This document shows, one piece after another, positions 45,964 through 56,679 of a stretch of 64,000 nucleotides of DNA. Location: NCBI GenBank assembly GCA_963756875.1, contig CAVWPA010000002.1:32001-96000 (forward strand), read 5' to 3'. The notes below the pieces were generated by a model. The model was given only the letters and a program-made list of their open reading frames with translations. It was not told the DNA's origin and ran no database searches. The number at the start of each line of letters is the position of its first letter. Position 1 is the stretch's first letter. The position numbers and the translations under genes are program-made. This DNA is from an uncultured Verrucomicrobiae bacterium. GTDB taxonomy: Bacteria > Verrucomicrobiota > Verrucomicrobiia > Chthoniobacterales > UBA10450.

Positions 45964-47910
45964 TTATTCGCCTGGCTCGGCCAGTTTCGCGAGCACGCTA
46001 AAGTCTTCTAGCGTTGTTGTGTCTCCAGTGACGCTTTCGCCAGCCGCGATTTCCTTGAGCAATCGTCGCATGATTTTGCCGCTGCGCGTTTTCGGCAGCG
46101 CTTCGGCAAAGCGGACTTCATCTGGTTTTGCGATTGCGCCGATGTGCGCCCCGACATGGTCGCGTAATTCGTTCTTGAGGCTCGGTGCGGGTATGACGCC
46201 ACTTTTCAGCGTGACAAATGCAACCACGCCCTGACCTTTGAGTTCATCCGGCCGCCCAACCACCGCCGCTTCCGCAACACGGGCATGACTCACAAGCGCG
46301 CTTTCGATTTCCGACGTGCCCAGACGATGTCCCGCCACGTTCAACACATCGTCGATGCGCCCGACTATCCAGAAATAACCGTCTTTGTCGCGTCTTGCGC
46401 CGTCCCCCGTGAGGTAGCTTCCCTTGAACTCGCTCCAGTACTGTTGCTTGTAGCGTTCGTTGTCACCATAGATGGTGCGGAGCATCGACGGCCACGGGCG
46501 CCGAATGATCAGCTTCCCCCCAATATTCGCCCGGACTTCGCGCCCTCTTTCATCGACAATCGCCGCGTCGACCCCAAAAAACGGCAGGGTTGCGCTGCCC
46601 GGTTTCGTCGGAATCGCGCCGGGCAATGGGGTAATCATGATTGCGCCCGTCTCTGTCTGCCACCACGTATCGACGATCGGGCAACGTTCCCGGCCGACGG
46701 TCTTGTGATACCAGATCCATGCCTCCGGATTGATCGGCTCGCCGACTGTCCCAAGCAATCGCAGCGAAGAAAGATCGTGCTTCGTAACCCAGCGATCTCC
46801 CCACCGGACGAACGCGCGGATAGCCGTCGGTGCTGTGTAAAAAATGTTGATGCGGTGTTGCTCGATGATTCGCCAAAAACGGTCCGGTTCCGGCCAGTTG
46901 GGCGCCCCTTCGTACATGAAAGTCGTGGCGCCGTTGGCCAGCGGTCCATACACAACGTAGCTGTGACCCGTCACCCAGCCGACATCGGCAGTGCACCAAA
47001 AAATATCTTCATCACGGAGGTCGAAAACGTATTTCGTCGAAGAATAAATGCCGACGAGATAACCACCGGTTGTGTGCAGAACTCCCTTCGGCTTTCCGGT
47101 CGACCCGCTGGTATAAAGAATGTAAAGCGGATGCTCGCTGTCGAGCGGCACCGGCGGACAATGGTCATCGACATATTCCAATTCGCGGTGCCACCAAACG
47201 TCGCGACCGCCTTCGATGTGGATTTCATTCCCGGCGCGGCGAAAAACGATCACCCGTTTGATGGACGTTTCACCCCGCAGCGCGTCGTCCACATGTTTTT
47301 TGAGCTGAACAATGGTGCCGCGACGAAAGCTCCCGTCCGCCGTGATGACGGCGACGGCGCCGCTGTCTGCGATGCGATCGCGAATACTGTCCGCGCTGAA
47401 GCCTGCAAAAACGACGGAGTGAACGGCGCCAATGCGCGCACAGGCAAGCATGGCGATCGCCGCCTCGGGAATCGTCGGCAGATAAATAATGACGCGGTCG
47501 CCCTTGTTAATCTTGTTCCGCTTCAGGACGTTGGCGAAGCGGCAGACTTCGCGGTGCAACTGCTGATAAGTCAGGGTGCGCCGTTCACCCGGCTCGCCTT
47601 CCCATAAAATAGCCGCCTTGTTGCGCCGGTGCGTGGTGAGGTGCCGGTCCAGGCAATTCTCGGAAACGTTCAGCTTTCCGCCGACAAACCATTTCGCAAA
47701 CGGCACCTTCCACTGCACAACCTTGCGCCACGGTTTTTGCCAGATCAGTTCGTGCGCCTCACGCGCCCAGAATTTCGCCGGCTGCTTGATCGATTCCCGA
47801 TACATCCGCCGATACTGAGCGATGTTCTTAATGCGCGCCCTTTCTGCAAAAGCCTTTGGCGGCCTGAAGACCCGCTTCTCTGTGAGGTGAGACTCGATCT
47901 GATCGTGCAT
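45964..47910 (-). CDS. acs: Acetyl-CoA synthetase
   Basis: '[11 protein letters not shown]', '[12 protein letters not shown]', 'DTWWQTETG', '[11 protein letters not shown]'. Confidence 0.97.
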   Translation of the reverse strand: MHDQIESHLTEKRVFRPPKAFAERARIKNIAQYRRMYRESIKQPAKFWAREAHELIWQKPWRKVVQWKVPFAKWFVGGKLNVSENCLDRHLTTHRRNKAAILWEGEPGERRTLTYQQLHREVCRFANVLKRNKINKGDRVIIYLPTIPEAAIAMLACARIGAVHSVVFAGFSADSIRDRIADSGAVAVITADGSFRRGTIVQLKKHVDDALRGETSIKRVIVFRRAGNEIHIEGGRDVWWHRELEYVDDHCPPVPLDSEHPLYILYTSGSTGKPKGVLHTTGGYLVGIYSSTKYVFDLRDEDIFWCTADVGWVTGHSYVVYGPLANGATTFMYEGAPNWPEPDRFWRIIEQHRINIFYTAPTAIRAFVRWGDRWVTKHDLSSLRLLGTVGEPINPEAWIWYHKTVGRERCPIVDTWWQTETGAIMITPLPGAIPTKPGSATLPFFGVDAAIVDERGREVRANIGGKLIIRRPWPSMLRTIYGDNERYKQQYWSEFKGSYLTGDGARRDKDGYFWIVGRIDDVLNVAGHRLGTSEIESALVSHARVAEAAVVGRPDELKGQGVVAFVTLKSGVIPAPSLKNELRDHVGAHIGAIAKPDEVRFAEALPKTRSGKIMRRLLKEIAAGESVTGDTTTLEDFSVLAKLAEPGE

Positions 47911-48056
47911 GCGCAGTTTAATATGCCGAAGATTTTTTTAGGGCAAGCGCCGTTCAGTTGGAAACATTAAACCGCCCCGTCAATCACCGATCACCGACAG
48001 GCCGATATTTCGCTCATTTCGTTTGTGTTCTGCGCAAGGTGATCAAAGAATTCCAC

Positions 48057-48266
48057 ATGAGCGATCATATTTATAAAAAGATTGAGTTGGTTGGTTCGTC
48101 GCCGGACGGGATCGAAGATGCGGTGAAGAATGCGCTGGCCCGCGCGAAAAAAAGCGTGCGCAACATGCGCTGGTTCGAAGTGTCCGAAATGCGCGGCTAT
48201 ATTGAGGAAGGAAAGGTTGCCCACTGGCAGGTGTCTCTCAAAGTCGGCTTCACCCTGGAAAGCTAA
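48057..48266 (+). CDS. Dodecin
   Basis: '[12 protein letters not shown]', 'RNMRWFEV', 'WQVSLKVGF'. Confidence 0.9.
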   Translation: MSDHIYKKIELVGSSPDGIEDAVKNALARAKKSVRNMRWFEVSEMRGYIEEGKVAHWQVSLKVGFTLES

Positions 48267-48320
48267 TAGCGGGATCCACATCCTGTCGACGAATCATGGG
48301 CTGAAATCCCATGCCACGAC

Positions 48321-48602
48321 TTATTCTTCCTCTTGGATCGCCTGGTAAAGCTTGGTCGCCCCGTAAATGAGGACCGCTGGTTTGAGCGCGAACAAAAGCA
48401 GGCGGAAAACCGCGGCTACGATCCGCCCGATCGGCAAACGGTTCAAAATCAACCCGGCAAAAAACGCGTAAATCAACGACTGCCCCGGGTTTTCGCGAAC
48501 GTAATTTCCTGTCTGGTCAAGCATCTCGCCGAAGTGCTCCCGGGTATAGCGCAGTCCGCGCTCGGCAAGGTCTTCAGGGTTTTCGGCAAATTGCTCGTCC
48601 AT
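48321..48602 (-). CDS. Small membrane protein, YqjD/ElaB-like
   Basis: 'YVRENPGQSLIYAFFAGLIL' motif followed by a hydrophobic tail. Confidence 0.55.
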   Translation of the reverse strand: MDEQFAENPEDLAERGLRYTREHFGEMLDQTGNYVRENPGQSLIYAFFAGLILNRLPIGRIVAAVFRLLLFALKPAVLIYGATKLYQAIQEEE

Positions 48603-48639
48603 TGTGAATATTGATATATCGACCGCGCCGCCGGTTTGG

Positions 48640-49557
48640 TCAACGCAAAGTCAACCATATCGAGCTGGCGCCGCTGCCGGGCGGAAAGTCGACCGGCTTG
48701 GGTTGTCGATGCAATCTTCCAGCCCGGCCGATCTTCGTCAGACCACCGCGCGCCATCACTTCCAGGACGCGCTCGCGCATGGTCGCGCAATTGCTCGACA
48801 GCAAAATCCGCGCGTCTCGCTCCGCGACGGCCAGTGCGTCGCGCAAAAGTTCTTCAAAATCGGTTTCGATGTGGAACGCTTTTCCATGCCCGGCACGTGA
48901 AAACGTCGGCGGATCAAGAACGATCATGTCGAACTTCTCACCCCGGCGTGCCAATCGCCGCAAAACGGGGCGCACGTCATCGACGATAAAACGATGATCG
49001 GTTGTCGGCAGGCTGTTCAGCGCGAAATTTTCTCGTCCGCGCAGCAGCGATTTTTTTGATAGATCCACGCTGACGGTCGCCGCTCCCACGCAAGCGGCTA
49101 CGACGGAAAACGAGCAGGTGTATGCGAAACAGTTGAGAAGGCGCTTTGGCTCCACTGCACGGACGTACCTGCGGTTTTCGCGTTGATCGAGAAACAGGCC
49201 AACCGAGTAACCGGCGGTGAAATCGATGCCATATTTGAGGAACTGCTCGCTCGCGATGGTGCGCAAATTTTCAGCAGAGCCGCCAAAGAGCAGCCGCGGC
49301 GCAGCGCGCTCTTCATTCTTCCTCGGCAGGTGTCGCCCAAAGATTCGATCGAACCTGAACCCTGCTGCTTTGCTCCACAGATAAAGTTCCTGAATCAATT
49401 GGTCGCAGATGGCGGTCGTCTTAAATGAGACAAGAATGTCGCGCCCAAAACGTTCCACCCAGCCGCCATTTGCGGTACAGAGCCGGTGGGCGTCGGTGCC
49501 TTCGGCCTCGAGGGCACGCAGCATGGGTTGGTCGATCCACTCGAACTTCATTTTCAT
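48640..49557 (-). CDS. Class I SAM-dependent rRNA methyltransferase (RlmI/RlmK-like)
   Basis: 'GLFLDQRENR', 'LNCFAYTCSFS', 'VDLS', 'FDMIVLDPPTF'. Confidence 0.85.
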   Translation of the reverse strand: MKMKFEWIDQPMLRALEAEGTDAHRLCTANGGWVERFGRDILVSFKTTAICDQLIQELYLWSKAAGFRFDRIFGRHLPRKNEERAAPRLLFGGSAENLRTIASEQFLKYGIDFTAGYSVGLFLDQRENRRYVRAVEPKRLLNCFAYTCSFSVVAACVGAATVSVDLSKKSLLRGRENFALNSLPTTDHRFIVDDVRPVLRRLARRGEKFDMIVLDPPTFSRAGHGKAFHIETDFEELLRDALAVAERDARILLSSNCATMRERVLEVMARGGLTKIGRAGRLHRQPKPVDFPPGSGASSIWLTLR

Positions 49558-49687
49558 TCGCGACAACAGATTTACCGCAAACCTGCGAAATAGGAAACGC
49601 GGAAGGAGCGGTTGCCGCTCGTATTGAACGCATTACACTGCTGCCGCGCCGCCATATCGCAGTGCGATTCTCAACTGCCGGTTTTTT

Positions 49688-50575
49688 ATGCAACAAGTCA
49701 CGGTTCGCATTCCCGCGAGCACATCCAACCTCGGACCCGGGTTCGATTGTCTCGGACTGGCCCTTCGAGTTTACAACGATTTAACCGTGACTCGGGGAGC
49801 TGCAGCGCGTCTGCCACCAATCGTTCGCCAGGCCGCCGATTTATTTTTTCGTCAAACGCGGAGGCGGCCATTTTCTTTTTCGTGCTCGGTGATTGAAAGA
49901 ATTCCACGGATGCGCGGACTGGGTAGCAGCGCGACCATTCGTGTGGGCGTCCTGCATGCGTTGAATGAACTCACAGGAAATCCACTCGATCGGTCGTCGA
50001 TCTTTAACTTAAGCGCGCGGCTTGAGGGACATCCCGATAATGCGGCGCCTGCGATCTTTGGCGGCTTCACAGTTGTTCACCGTTGCGCGCCCGATGGCCT
50101 CACATTTCAGCGTTTCGCGGTCGCGGCGAAATTGTACCTTGTTCTCGTGATCCCCGACCTTGAAGTTGCGACATCGGAAGCGCGAAAAATTCTGCCCGCG
50201 CAAATCGCACGTCTGGATGCGGTTGAAAGCTGTGCGAACGCCTGTGCGATCACTGCCGCCTTTGCATCGCGCAATTACGAGAATCTGCGGAAAAAGTTCG
50301 GCGATCGACTTCATCAGCCGTTTCGGCGAAAACTCGTTCCGTTTCTGCCTCGCGTGATTCGCGCCGCGGAAAAGGGGGGCGCGCTCGGAGCCTTCCTCAG
50401 CGGCAGCGGATCTGGCATTTGCGCGGTCACGTTGCGTGATCCGCAAGCGATCGCCGCTGCCATGCGACGCGCCACGAGGCCGATATCGTCTGCCATGGTT
50501 ATCACCACGGCAGACAACCGTGGAGCGCATATTCTGCGTTCCCGCCATCCGCAATCCGCAATCCGCAATCGTTGA
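49688..50575 (+). CDS. thrB: Homoserine kinase
   Basis: 'PASTSNLGPGFDCLG', 'RGLGSS', 'EGHPDN', 'LHQPFR', 'LSGSG'. Confidence 0.95.
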   Translation: MQQVTVRIPASTSNLGPGFDCLGLALRVYNDLTVTRGAAARLPPIVRQAADLFFRQTRRRPFSFSCSVIERIPRMRGLGSSATIRVGVLHALNELTGNPLDRSSIFNLSARLEGHPDNAAPAIFGGFTVVHRCAPDGLTFQRFAVAAKLYLVLVIPDLEVATSEARKILPAQIARLDAVESCANACAITAAFASRNYENLRKKFGDRLHQPFRRKLVPFLPRVIRAAEKGGALGAFLSGSGSGICAVTLRDPQAIAAAMRRATRPISSAMVITTADNRGAHILRSRHPQSAIRNR

Positions 50576-50576
50576 G

Positions 50577-51773
50577 ATGGGCAGCTTGATCGAAAATCTC
50601 GAGCAATTCGCGATCGACGTCATTCTCGGGCGCCGTCGCGGGCTGCGTGCGTCCATTCTGCGCGGAATTCTTTATGGACTGTCGTTTGTCTATGAGCGGA
50701 TCGTTCAGTTGCGCCTCTATTTTTACCGGAAAAGGATTTTCCGCGAGCGCACACTTGGTTGTCTTGTTATCAGCATTGGAAATTTGACTGTCGGTGGCAC
50801 GGGCAAAACGCCCGTGGTCGAGAAATTTGCCCGCGCTCTGCAAATGGGCGGCCGCCGCGTTGCAATCCTGAGCCGCGGTTACAAGAGTGTGCCCCAGCCA
50901 AGCAAGCGCAACTGGCTGGATCGGTTGTTCAGGGAAGATGTCAGCCCCCCGCGAGTAGTTTCCGATGGGAAATCGCTTTTGCTCGATTCGCTGACAGCCG
51001 GCGACGAGCCTTACATGCTCGCACACAGTTTACGCGATGTGATCGTGCTGGTGGACAAGGACCGCGTCAAAAGCGGAAGATTTGCCATCGACAAGTGGAA
51101 AGTCGACACGCTGCTTCTCGACGACGGTTTACAGTATCTGCATCTCAAGCATCGGCTGGATATCGTACTCGTGGATCGCCAAGCGCCTTTCGGGAACGAG
51201 TTTCTGCTGCCGCGCGGCACCTTGCGCGAGCCGCCACGCAATTTGCGGCGTGCCAGTTATATTTTCATCACGAAAAACACCGGCCAATCGAACGAGGCGC
51301 TCGTGCAGCGAATTCGCAAGTACAATCGCGTTGCGGAGATTATCGAGTGCGCACACAAGCCGCTTTATCTGGAAAATATCTATACCGGCGAACGATTGTC
51401 ACTGGAACGGCTGCGTGACACTTTCGTCGGCTCGATCTGTGGGATCGCCGCGCCCGACAGCTTCGAAGATGCTTTGAGAAAACTAGGCGCACGCGTCGAC
51501 CTGGCGAAGCGTTATATCGATCACCACAGATATAGTGAGGCGGAGCTGCAAAGCTTTATCAACCGGTGCATCCGCCGCGACCTGGAAATGATTGTGACCA
51601 CCGAAAAGGACGCCGTGCGGATGCCGCGTTTGCCGGAAGCGGACGTTAAAGTGCCGATGTATTTTCTTCGCGTCGAAATCGAAATCGTGAGCGGGCACGA
51701 GAGCTGGGAGCAATGCGTTGCCCGCATTTGCAAGCCGCAACCCGTACTCTCGCCCGAGAGATTTTTTGCCTGA
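50577..51773 (+). CDS. lpxK: Tetraacyldisaccharide 4'-kinase
   Basis: '[15 protein letters not shown]', 'LSRGY', 'GDEP', 'LDDGLQ', '[10 protein letters not shown]', 'TTEKDAV'. Confidence 0.95.
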   Translation: MGSLIENLEQFAIDVILGRRRGLRASILRGILYGLSFVYERIVQLRLYFYRKRIFRERTLGCLVISIGNLTVGGTGKTPVVEKFARALQMGGRRVAILSRGYKSVPQPSKRNWLDRLFREDVSPPRVVSDGKSLLLDSLTAGDEPYMLAHSLRDVIVLVDKDRVKSGRFAIDKWKVDTLLLDDGLQYLHLKHRLDIVLVDRQAPFGNEFLLPRGTLREPPRNLRRASYIFITKNTGQSNEALVQRIRKYNRVAEIIECAHKPLYLENIYTGERLSLERLRDTFVGSICGIAAPDSFEDALRKLGARVDLAKRYIDHHRYSEAELQSFINRCIRRDLEMIVTTEKDAVRMPRLPEADVKVPMYFLRVEIEIVSGHESWEQCVARICKPQPVLSPERFFA

Positions 51774-51781
51774 ACCGTTTC

Positions 51782-51861
51782 GCCACAGATGCACACAGAT
51801 AAAACACAGATTTAAAAAACGATTGGAATTTGATCTGTGAGAATCTGTGTCAATCTGTGGC
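51782..51861. repeat. CACAGAT-type imperfect palindrome (related half-copies at 5762 and 8711)
   Basis: GCCACAGATGCACACAGATAAAACACAGAT ... ATCTGTGAGAATCTGTGTCAATCTGTGGC. Confidence 0.75.
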
Positions 51862-51876
51862 CAGGGATTTGGATCC

Positions 51877-52794
51877 ATGCCTGAAAAAGCCCAGCTTGTC
51901 GTCGAAGGGAAAAAGCTTTCTGTTTCGAATCTGAACAAGGTCCTTTATCCGAAAGCCGGTTTCTCCAAGGGCCAGGTGATCAATTATTACATTCGCATTG
52001 CGCCCTGCCTTTTGCCTCATCTGAAAGATCGGCCGCTGACGATGAAGCGTTATCCCGATGGCGTGGAAGGCGAATTTTTCTATGAAAAAAATTGTCCACA
52101 GCATCGGCCAAAGTGGGTAAAGACGGCGAAAGTCTGGAGCGAAGGCAACAATCGAATAATGAATTATTGTCTCGCACAAGATCTGCCGACGCTTGTTTGG
52201 GCTGCAAATCTCGCCGACCTGGAACTGCACACGTCGCTTTCGCGAAAACGGAATATTAAACGTCCAACCATGATGGTGTTCGATCTCGACCCGGGCGCGC
52301 CGGCCGACATCGTTCAATGCTGTCAGGTCGGGCTCTGGTTGCGGGATTTGTTAGGGAATATGGGACTGAAATCGTTGGCGAAAACGAGTGGGTCAAAAGG
52401 TCTGCAGGTTTATGTGCCGCTCAACACATCGGTAACCTACGCTCAGACCAAGAAACTGTCTCACGCTCTCGCGGAGCATCTTGAAAACAAGCATGGCGAT
52501 CTGGTGACATCGAACATGTCGAAGTCGCTGCGGAAGGGCAAAGTGTTCGTCGATTGGAGCCAGAACGACGAGCACAAGACCACAGTTTGCGTCTATTCGC
52601 TTCGTGCCAAGGAAGAGCCAACCGTCTCAACGCCGGTTACCTGGGAAGAGGTCGCAAATTGTCTCAAAAAGAAAAAGGCCGACCTCTTGAGATTCCGCTC
52701 CGACCGGGTGCTCAAACGTGTGGAGAAAATGGGTGACCTCTTCGAACCGGTTGAGAATCTAAAACAAAAGCTGCCGAAGAAATGGAAGCTATGA
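51877..52794 (+). CDS. ligD: Stand-alone LigD polymerase (NHEJ primase-polymerase) domain
   Basis: 'SNLNKVLYP', 'RPLTMKRYPDG', 'FYEKN', 'VFDLDP', 'KTSGSKG', 'VFVDWSQN', 'YSLRA'. Confidence 0.9.
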   Translation: MPEKAQLVVEGKKLSVSNLNKVLYPKAGFSKGQVINYYIRIAPCLLPHLKDRPLTMKRYPDGVEGEFFYEKNCPQHRPKWVKTAKVWSEGNNRIMNYCLAQDLPTLVWAANLADLELHTSLSRKRNIKRPTMMVFDLDPGAPADIVQCCQVGLWLRDLLGNMGLKSLAKTSGSKGLQVYVPLNTSVTYAQTKKLSHALAEHLENKHGDLVTSNMSKSLRKGKVFVDWSQNDEHKTTVCVYSLRAKEEPTVSTPVTWEEVANCLKKKKADLLRFRSDRVLKRVEKMGDLFEPVENLKQKLPKKWKL

Positions 52795-52872
52795 TTGGCA
52801 GACGTTTGCCTCAATCGGGTCGACCAAGAATTTTCTCGCCCGCACGTGACGCTGGGATTAACAGTTTCTCAT

Positions 52873-53358
52873 ATGCGCAAAGTAAACTTGAAAGATATTG
52901 AAGAACGGAAACGGCAATCGCCGAAAGGGAAGTTTGGGCGTGCATCCAGGGATATCTCGATTGCACTCGGGCGCGATCCGGAGTCGCTCGATCTGGCAGA
53001 GCGACATCCGTTCGATCTGGCGCTGGTGCGAATTGCGAAAGGCAGATCGCTTTGTCCGTACCATTCGCACTCGTCGGAATCGGAACTTTACCTTGTTGTG
53101 TCGGGGCGGGGAAGTATTCGCGACAAGGAGGGAACAACGGAAGTTGGACCGGGCGATGCGTTCTTCTTCGGGCCGGGCGAAGCCCACCAATTAACCAACG
53201 CCGGCGATGAGGATTTTGTTTACTACGTCATTGCCGATAATCCGCGCGGCGACTGCTGCTATTATCCCGACAGCGGTAAGTTCGCCGTGTGCAAGGAAGG
53301 CAGCGAAGAAGTAATCGTGAGAGGAACGGAGACTGATTACTTCGACGGAGAAGAATAG
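52873..53358 (+). CDS. Cupin domain protein
   Basis: 'PYHSHSSESELYLVVSG', 'GDAFFFGPGEAHQLTN', 'YYPDSGK'. Confidence 0.85.
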   Translation: MRKVNLKDIEERKRQSPKGKFGRASRDISIALGRDPESLDLAERHPFDLALVRIAKGRSLCPYHSHSSESELYLVVSGRGSIRDKEGTTEVGPGDAFFFGPGEAHQLTNAGDEDFVYYVIADNPRGDCCYYPDSGKFAVCKEGSEEVIVRGTETDYFDGEE

Positions 53359-53364
53359 AATCGC

Positions 53365-53835
53365 TTGTTCGGCAAAATCATCTCGGGAGGACAGACTGGC
53401 GTAGACCGCGCGGCGCTCGACGCCGCGCTAAAACACGGGATCGAGTGCGGCGGATGGTGTCCGGCGGGTCGGCTCGACGAGTTCGGCAAAATTCCCGCGG
53501 GTTATCCCGTTACAGAGCTACAGCAAGGGAGCTTCGCCGATCGCACCATGCGAAACGTGAAGGATTCCGACGGTACTCTCGTGGTTTTCTCGGGAGAACC
53601 GCGGGGTGGCACGCGGTTCACGCTCGAATGCTGCAAGCAGCTTCAGCGTCCGCACAGAATAATCGATGCATCTAGGGTTTCCGCCGAAGATGCCGCCCAG
53701 GCGGTTGTCGATTTTGTTCGCGGAAACAATATCGCTCTCCTGAACGTCGCAGGCCCACGGCGGAGCGAATGGCCGGAGGGATACGAATATGCGTTCCGCG
53801 CGCTCGATATTTTTCTCATAAACCCCGAGCTGTAG
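53365..53835 (+). CDS. Putative molybdenum carrier / circularly permuted YpsA-type SLOG protein
   Basis: 'KIISGGQTGVDRAALD', 'GGWCPAG', 'RTMRNVKDSDGTL', 'LNVAGPR'. Confidence 0.85.
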   Translation: MFGKIISGGQTGVDRAALDAALKHGIECGGWCPAGRLDEFGKIPAGYPVTELQQGSFADRTMRNVKDSDGTLVVFSGEPRGGTRFTLECCKQLQRPHRIIDASRVSAEDAAQAVVDFVRGNNIALLNVAGPRRSEWPEGYEYAFRALDIFLINPEL

Positions 53836-53896
53836 TGGCAGGCGTGCCGCCTGCTGCAGGAAGAAAATTGCAGCCGACACGCCTGCCACCACAGCT
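53828..53896. repeat. GTAG-type REP doublet overlapping the SLOG gene stop codon
   Basis: AGCTGTAGTGGCAGGCGTG ... CACGCCTGCCACCACAGCT. Confidence 0.8.
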
Positions 53897-53924
53897 TCAC
53901 CGTGATCGGCTCGTTCGCTTTATC

Positions 53925-55220
53925 TTACTCGTAGCGCAGCGCCTTGACCGGATCGAGGCGCGCCGCGAAGTAAGCGGGGATCAAAGCGGCAAGCGAACAA
54001 ATCAAAAACGCGCTGATACAAATAATCGCAACATCACGCGGCACGACTTGCGCGGGAATTGCGGAAAACTGATAAACCTCGCGCGGGAAGATCTCGATGT
54101 GCAACGCGGACGAAAGCCAGTGGCTAAATTCATTGCGATAACGAATCAGGGTCATGCCCAGGCCGAGCCCGGTCAGCGTTCCAAAGAGTCCGACGATTGT
54201 TCCCTGGCCCAGAAAAACCCATATGATTTGCCCGATATTCGCGCCGAGCGCCTTTACGATTCCGATCTCCCGCCGTTTTTGCACTGTCACGGTGATCAGC
54301 GTGCTCATGATGCCGAACGCGGCCACCACAACGATGAAGAAGAGCAGAAAAAACATTACGGTCCGCTCCAGCCGGACCGCTTCGAAATATTGATGGTTCA
54401 TGTCGATCCAGGTTTGGGCGTACTCGGGCGGAGTAAGGAAGCTTTCAATTTCTTCCTTTACCCGTTCCGCGTCGTAAGGATTGTCCGTCTTCACGGTAAT
54501 GCCGTGCAGCGCGTCGCCGAGGCCGTAAAGTTCCTGTCCGATGTAAAGCGGCACGAGTAGAAATTCCGAATCGTGCAGGTAATGGCCGGTCTCGAAAATG
54601 CCGGTAACAGTCAATTCCTTCGGCAAGATGACATCACGCAGCTGGTCGATGGCTTTCTGTTCTTCCGCACCGCCCTTGGTGCTCCCGAGCTTTTTGATTC
54701 CGTCGAGGATCTGCCCAAGGTTTCCGGGCGAATAGACGGTGAGCTTGTCGCCGATGCCAATGTGCAGGGTGCGGGCCAGCTCGATCCCGAGTACCGCCGA
54801 TTCGCCTTCGAGATCCAGTTTGCCTTCTTTAATAAACTTGCGGAGCGGGATGACTTTTTCTTCCTCGGTAGGATCGATCCCCCGGATCATCGGCGCGAGC
54901 CGGCGGTTTTGGAATTCGACGATGACCGGCCCCTGCACGTAAGGCGCGGTGGCGACGACTCCCGGTGTATGGTCGATTTTGGCCTTTAGCGGGCGCCAAT
55001 TGTGCAAAACGTCCTCCGTCGTGACCAGGATGTGCGCATCGAAATCAATTACCTTTTGGCGCAGCTCGCGATCGAACCCGGTCATGACGGAGATGACGAG
55101 AATCAGAACGGTCACGCCAAGCGTCACGCCCAGCACGGAGATCAGCGTGATGATGGAGAGGAAAGTGCGTTTCGGCTTTAAGTATCGAAGCGCGAGAAAG
55201 AGACTAAACGGCAGTTTCAA
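53925..55220 (-). CDS. Lipoprotein-releasing ABC transporter permease (LolC/E family)
   Basis: 'ALRYL', 'ISVMTGF', 'VAAFGIMSTL', 'KRREIGIVKALGA', 'AARLDPVKALRYE'. Confidence 0.9.
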   Translation of the reverse strand: MKLPFSLFLALRYLKPKRTFLSIITLISVLGVTLGVTVLILVISVMTGFDRELRQKVIDFDAHILVTTEDVLHNWRPLKAKIDHTPGVVATAPYVQGPVIVEFQNRRLAPMIRGIDPTEEEKVIPLRKFIKEGKLDLEGESAVLGIELARTLHIGIGDKLTVYSPGNLGQILDGIKKLGSTKGGAEEQKAIDQLRDVILPKELTVTGIFETGHYLHDSEFLLVPLYIGQELYGLGDALHGITVKTDNPYDAERVKEEIESFLTPPEYAQTWIDMNHQYFEAVRLERTVMFFLLFFIVVVAAFGIMSTLITVTVQKRREIGIVKALGANIGQIIWVFLGQGTIVGLFGTLTGLGLGMTLIRYRNEFSHWLSSALHIEIFPREVYQFSAIPAQVVPRDVAIICISAFLICSLAALIPAYFAARLDPVKALRYE

Positions 55221-55252
55221 ACTGCCGATATGTTGGCCGCGAATGCGACTGT

Positions 55253-55999
55253 TTACAACCCAGCCGGGTGCCGCGCCTCAAAACCCCACGTGCTGCGGCC
55301 ATCGGTGTGCCAGCGGGGGCCGACGTCGCCGCCGTAACGGAAGTCGGTGGTATCGAGTCGCAAACCGGCAATCACGGCGAAGGTGTGACCGCGGCGTGAG
55401 TAAATTGTGATCCAGCGGCCGCGGCCGCGTTCGCCGTAGCGAAGAAGCTCGCTCGATGCCAATGGCTGGTGGAGCGCTCTTGCATAATGCAACGCGAACG
55501 AAACCGTGCCCGAACAATCATAACCGCGATCGTAAAACGATCCGTGTCCGCCGCCCCAGATGTACGGTTTTCGATGAATTGTATTCACCGCCCAGATTGC
55601 CGCTTTCACACGATCTGGAGCATTGGATGGCGCATAGGCAATACCGTTGCGCAATACGGCGCGATTTCCGCGAACAATTGGGTGTGACCCTCCCACATCG
55701 AGCCGTGGAGTCGTCTCGGAATCGTCTTCAGCGCGTTCGACTGGCTGCAGGCGGCGCAGCACGGAACGCGGCGAATAATATGCGACCTGCATCGCTGGAA
55801 CGGCCCCCGGCGATTCTCGCTCGAAAGAAAACGGTTGAAGCGGCACGTTTACCACATGCGCCGTGTAGACTTTCTTATGGTGATGCCTCCGGTGCGTATG
55901 CTTCGGCTGAGCTGCCAGCGTGGCGGCTGTCGACAACGCGATTAGTGCGATGCAAAGATTGCGTGTTATCCTCAATTCGCAGCGAAACCGTAGCCGCAT
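55253..55999 (-). CDS. NlpC/P60-like peptidoglycan endopeptidase
   Basis: Signal-like N-terminus; 'PYIWGGGH', 'YDCSG', 'GHTF'. Confidence 0.8.
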   Translation of the reverse strand: MRLRFRCELRITRNLCIALIALSTAATLAAQPKHTHRRHHHKKVYTAHVVNVPLQPFSFERESPGAVPAMQVAYYSPRSVLRRLQPVERAEDDSETTPRLDVGGSHPIVRGNRAVLRNGIAYAPSNAPDRVKAAIWAVNTIHRKPYIWGGGHGSFYDRGYDCSGTVSFALHYARALHQPLASSELLRYGERGRGRWITIYSRRGHTFAVIAGLRLDTTDFRYGGDVGPRWHTDGRSTWGFEARHPAGL

Positions 56000-56136
56000 G
56001 CATATCGAAAGAAGCTGTTTTCGCGCCAGATATACGGCTCTCCAGATTTTGTAGCGCTTCCAGCGCCGGGCCCAACGGCGGCCAAATTGACGGACGCGCG
56101 TTATTCTTCTGCGAGGTTGGTCTGCATGCAGCGGAC

Positions 56137-56496
56137 TTATTCGAGTGCATGGGCCTTTAGCTCCTCGAGAGTGACAAATTCGAGCGCGGAGGAATGTGTC
56201 GCCTCAAGATCGACAGGTGCAGCGACGCCGCGTTTGAGCGCATCTCTCCAGCGGGTGACGCAAACGCACCATTTGTCCCCCGGCTCAAGCCCCGGAAATC
56301 CCCATTCAGGATGCGGCGTTACCAAATCGTTTCCATCCAGCACCGAGAAATCCAGAAAGTCGCGTGTCACCTGCACGCAGACCGTGTGCTGTCCAATATC
56401 TTCCGGGCCGGTGCGACAAAAGCCGTCGCGATAGAACCCGGTCATCGGATCGCGACAGCAACATTTCAATTCTGTTCCGAGAACGTTTGTGGGCAT
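56137..56496 (-). CDS. DUF2237 family protein
   Basis: 'NVLG', 'PMTGFYRDGFC', 'HTVC', 'GNDL', 'FPGLEPGDKWCVC', 'LEATH'. Confidence 0.9.
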   Translation of the reverse strand: MPTNVLGTELKCCCRDPMTGFYRDGFCRTGPEDIGQHTVCVQVTRDFLDFSVLDGNDLVTPHPEWGFPGLEPGDKWCVCVTRWRDALKRGVAAPVDLEATHSSALEFVTLEELKAHALE

Positions 56497-56679
56497 GCGG
56501 TGATGGTAGCACGCCCCGGGTGAATGGTTAAGTCGGCACAACATTTGACCCTTAGAGCGATTTTCCGCCTAACGGATTGCAGAAGTCATGAGGATTACTC
56601 ATTCGGCTTGACCGCATGGGAATGAGCCTGACAAGATCGTGCCCGGACGCGCTCATCGATTGAGCGTCTTGAACTGCCG

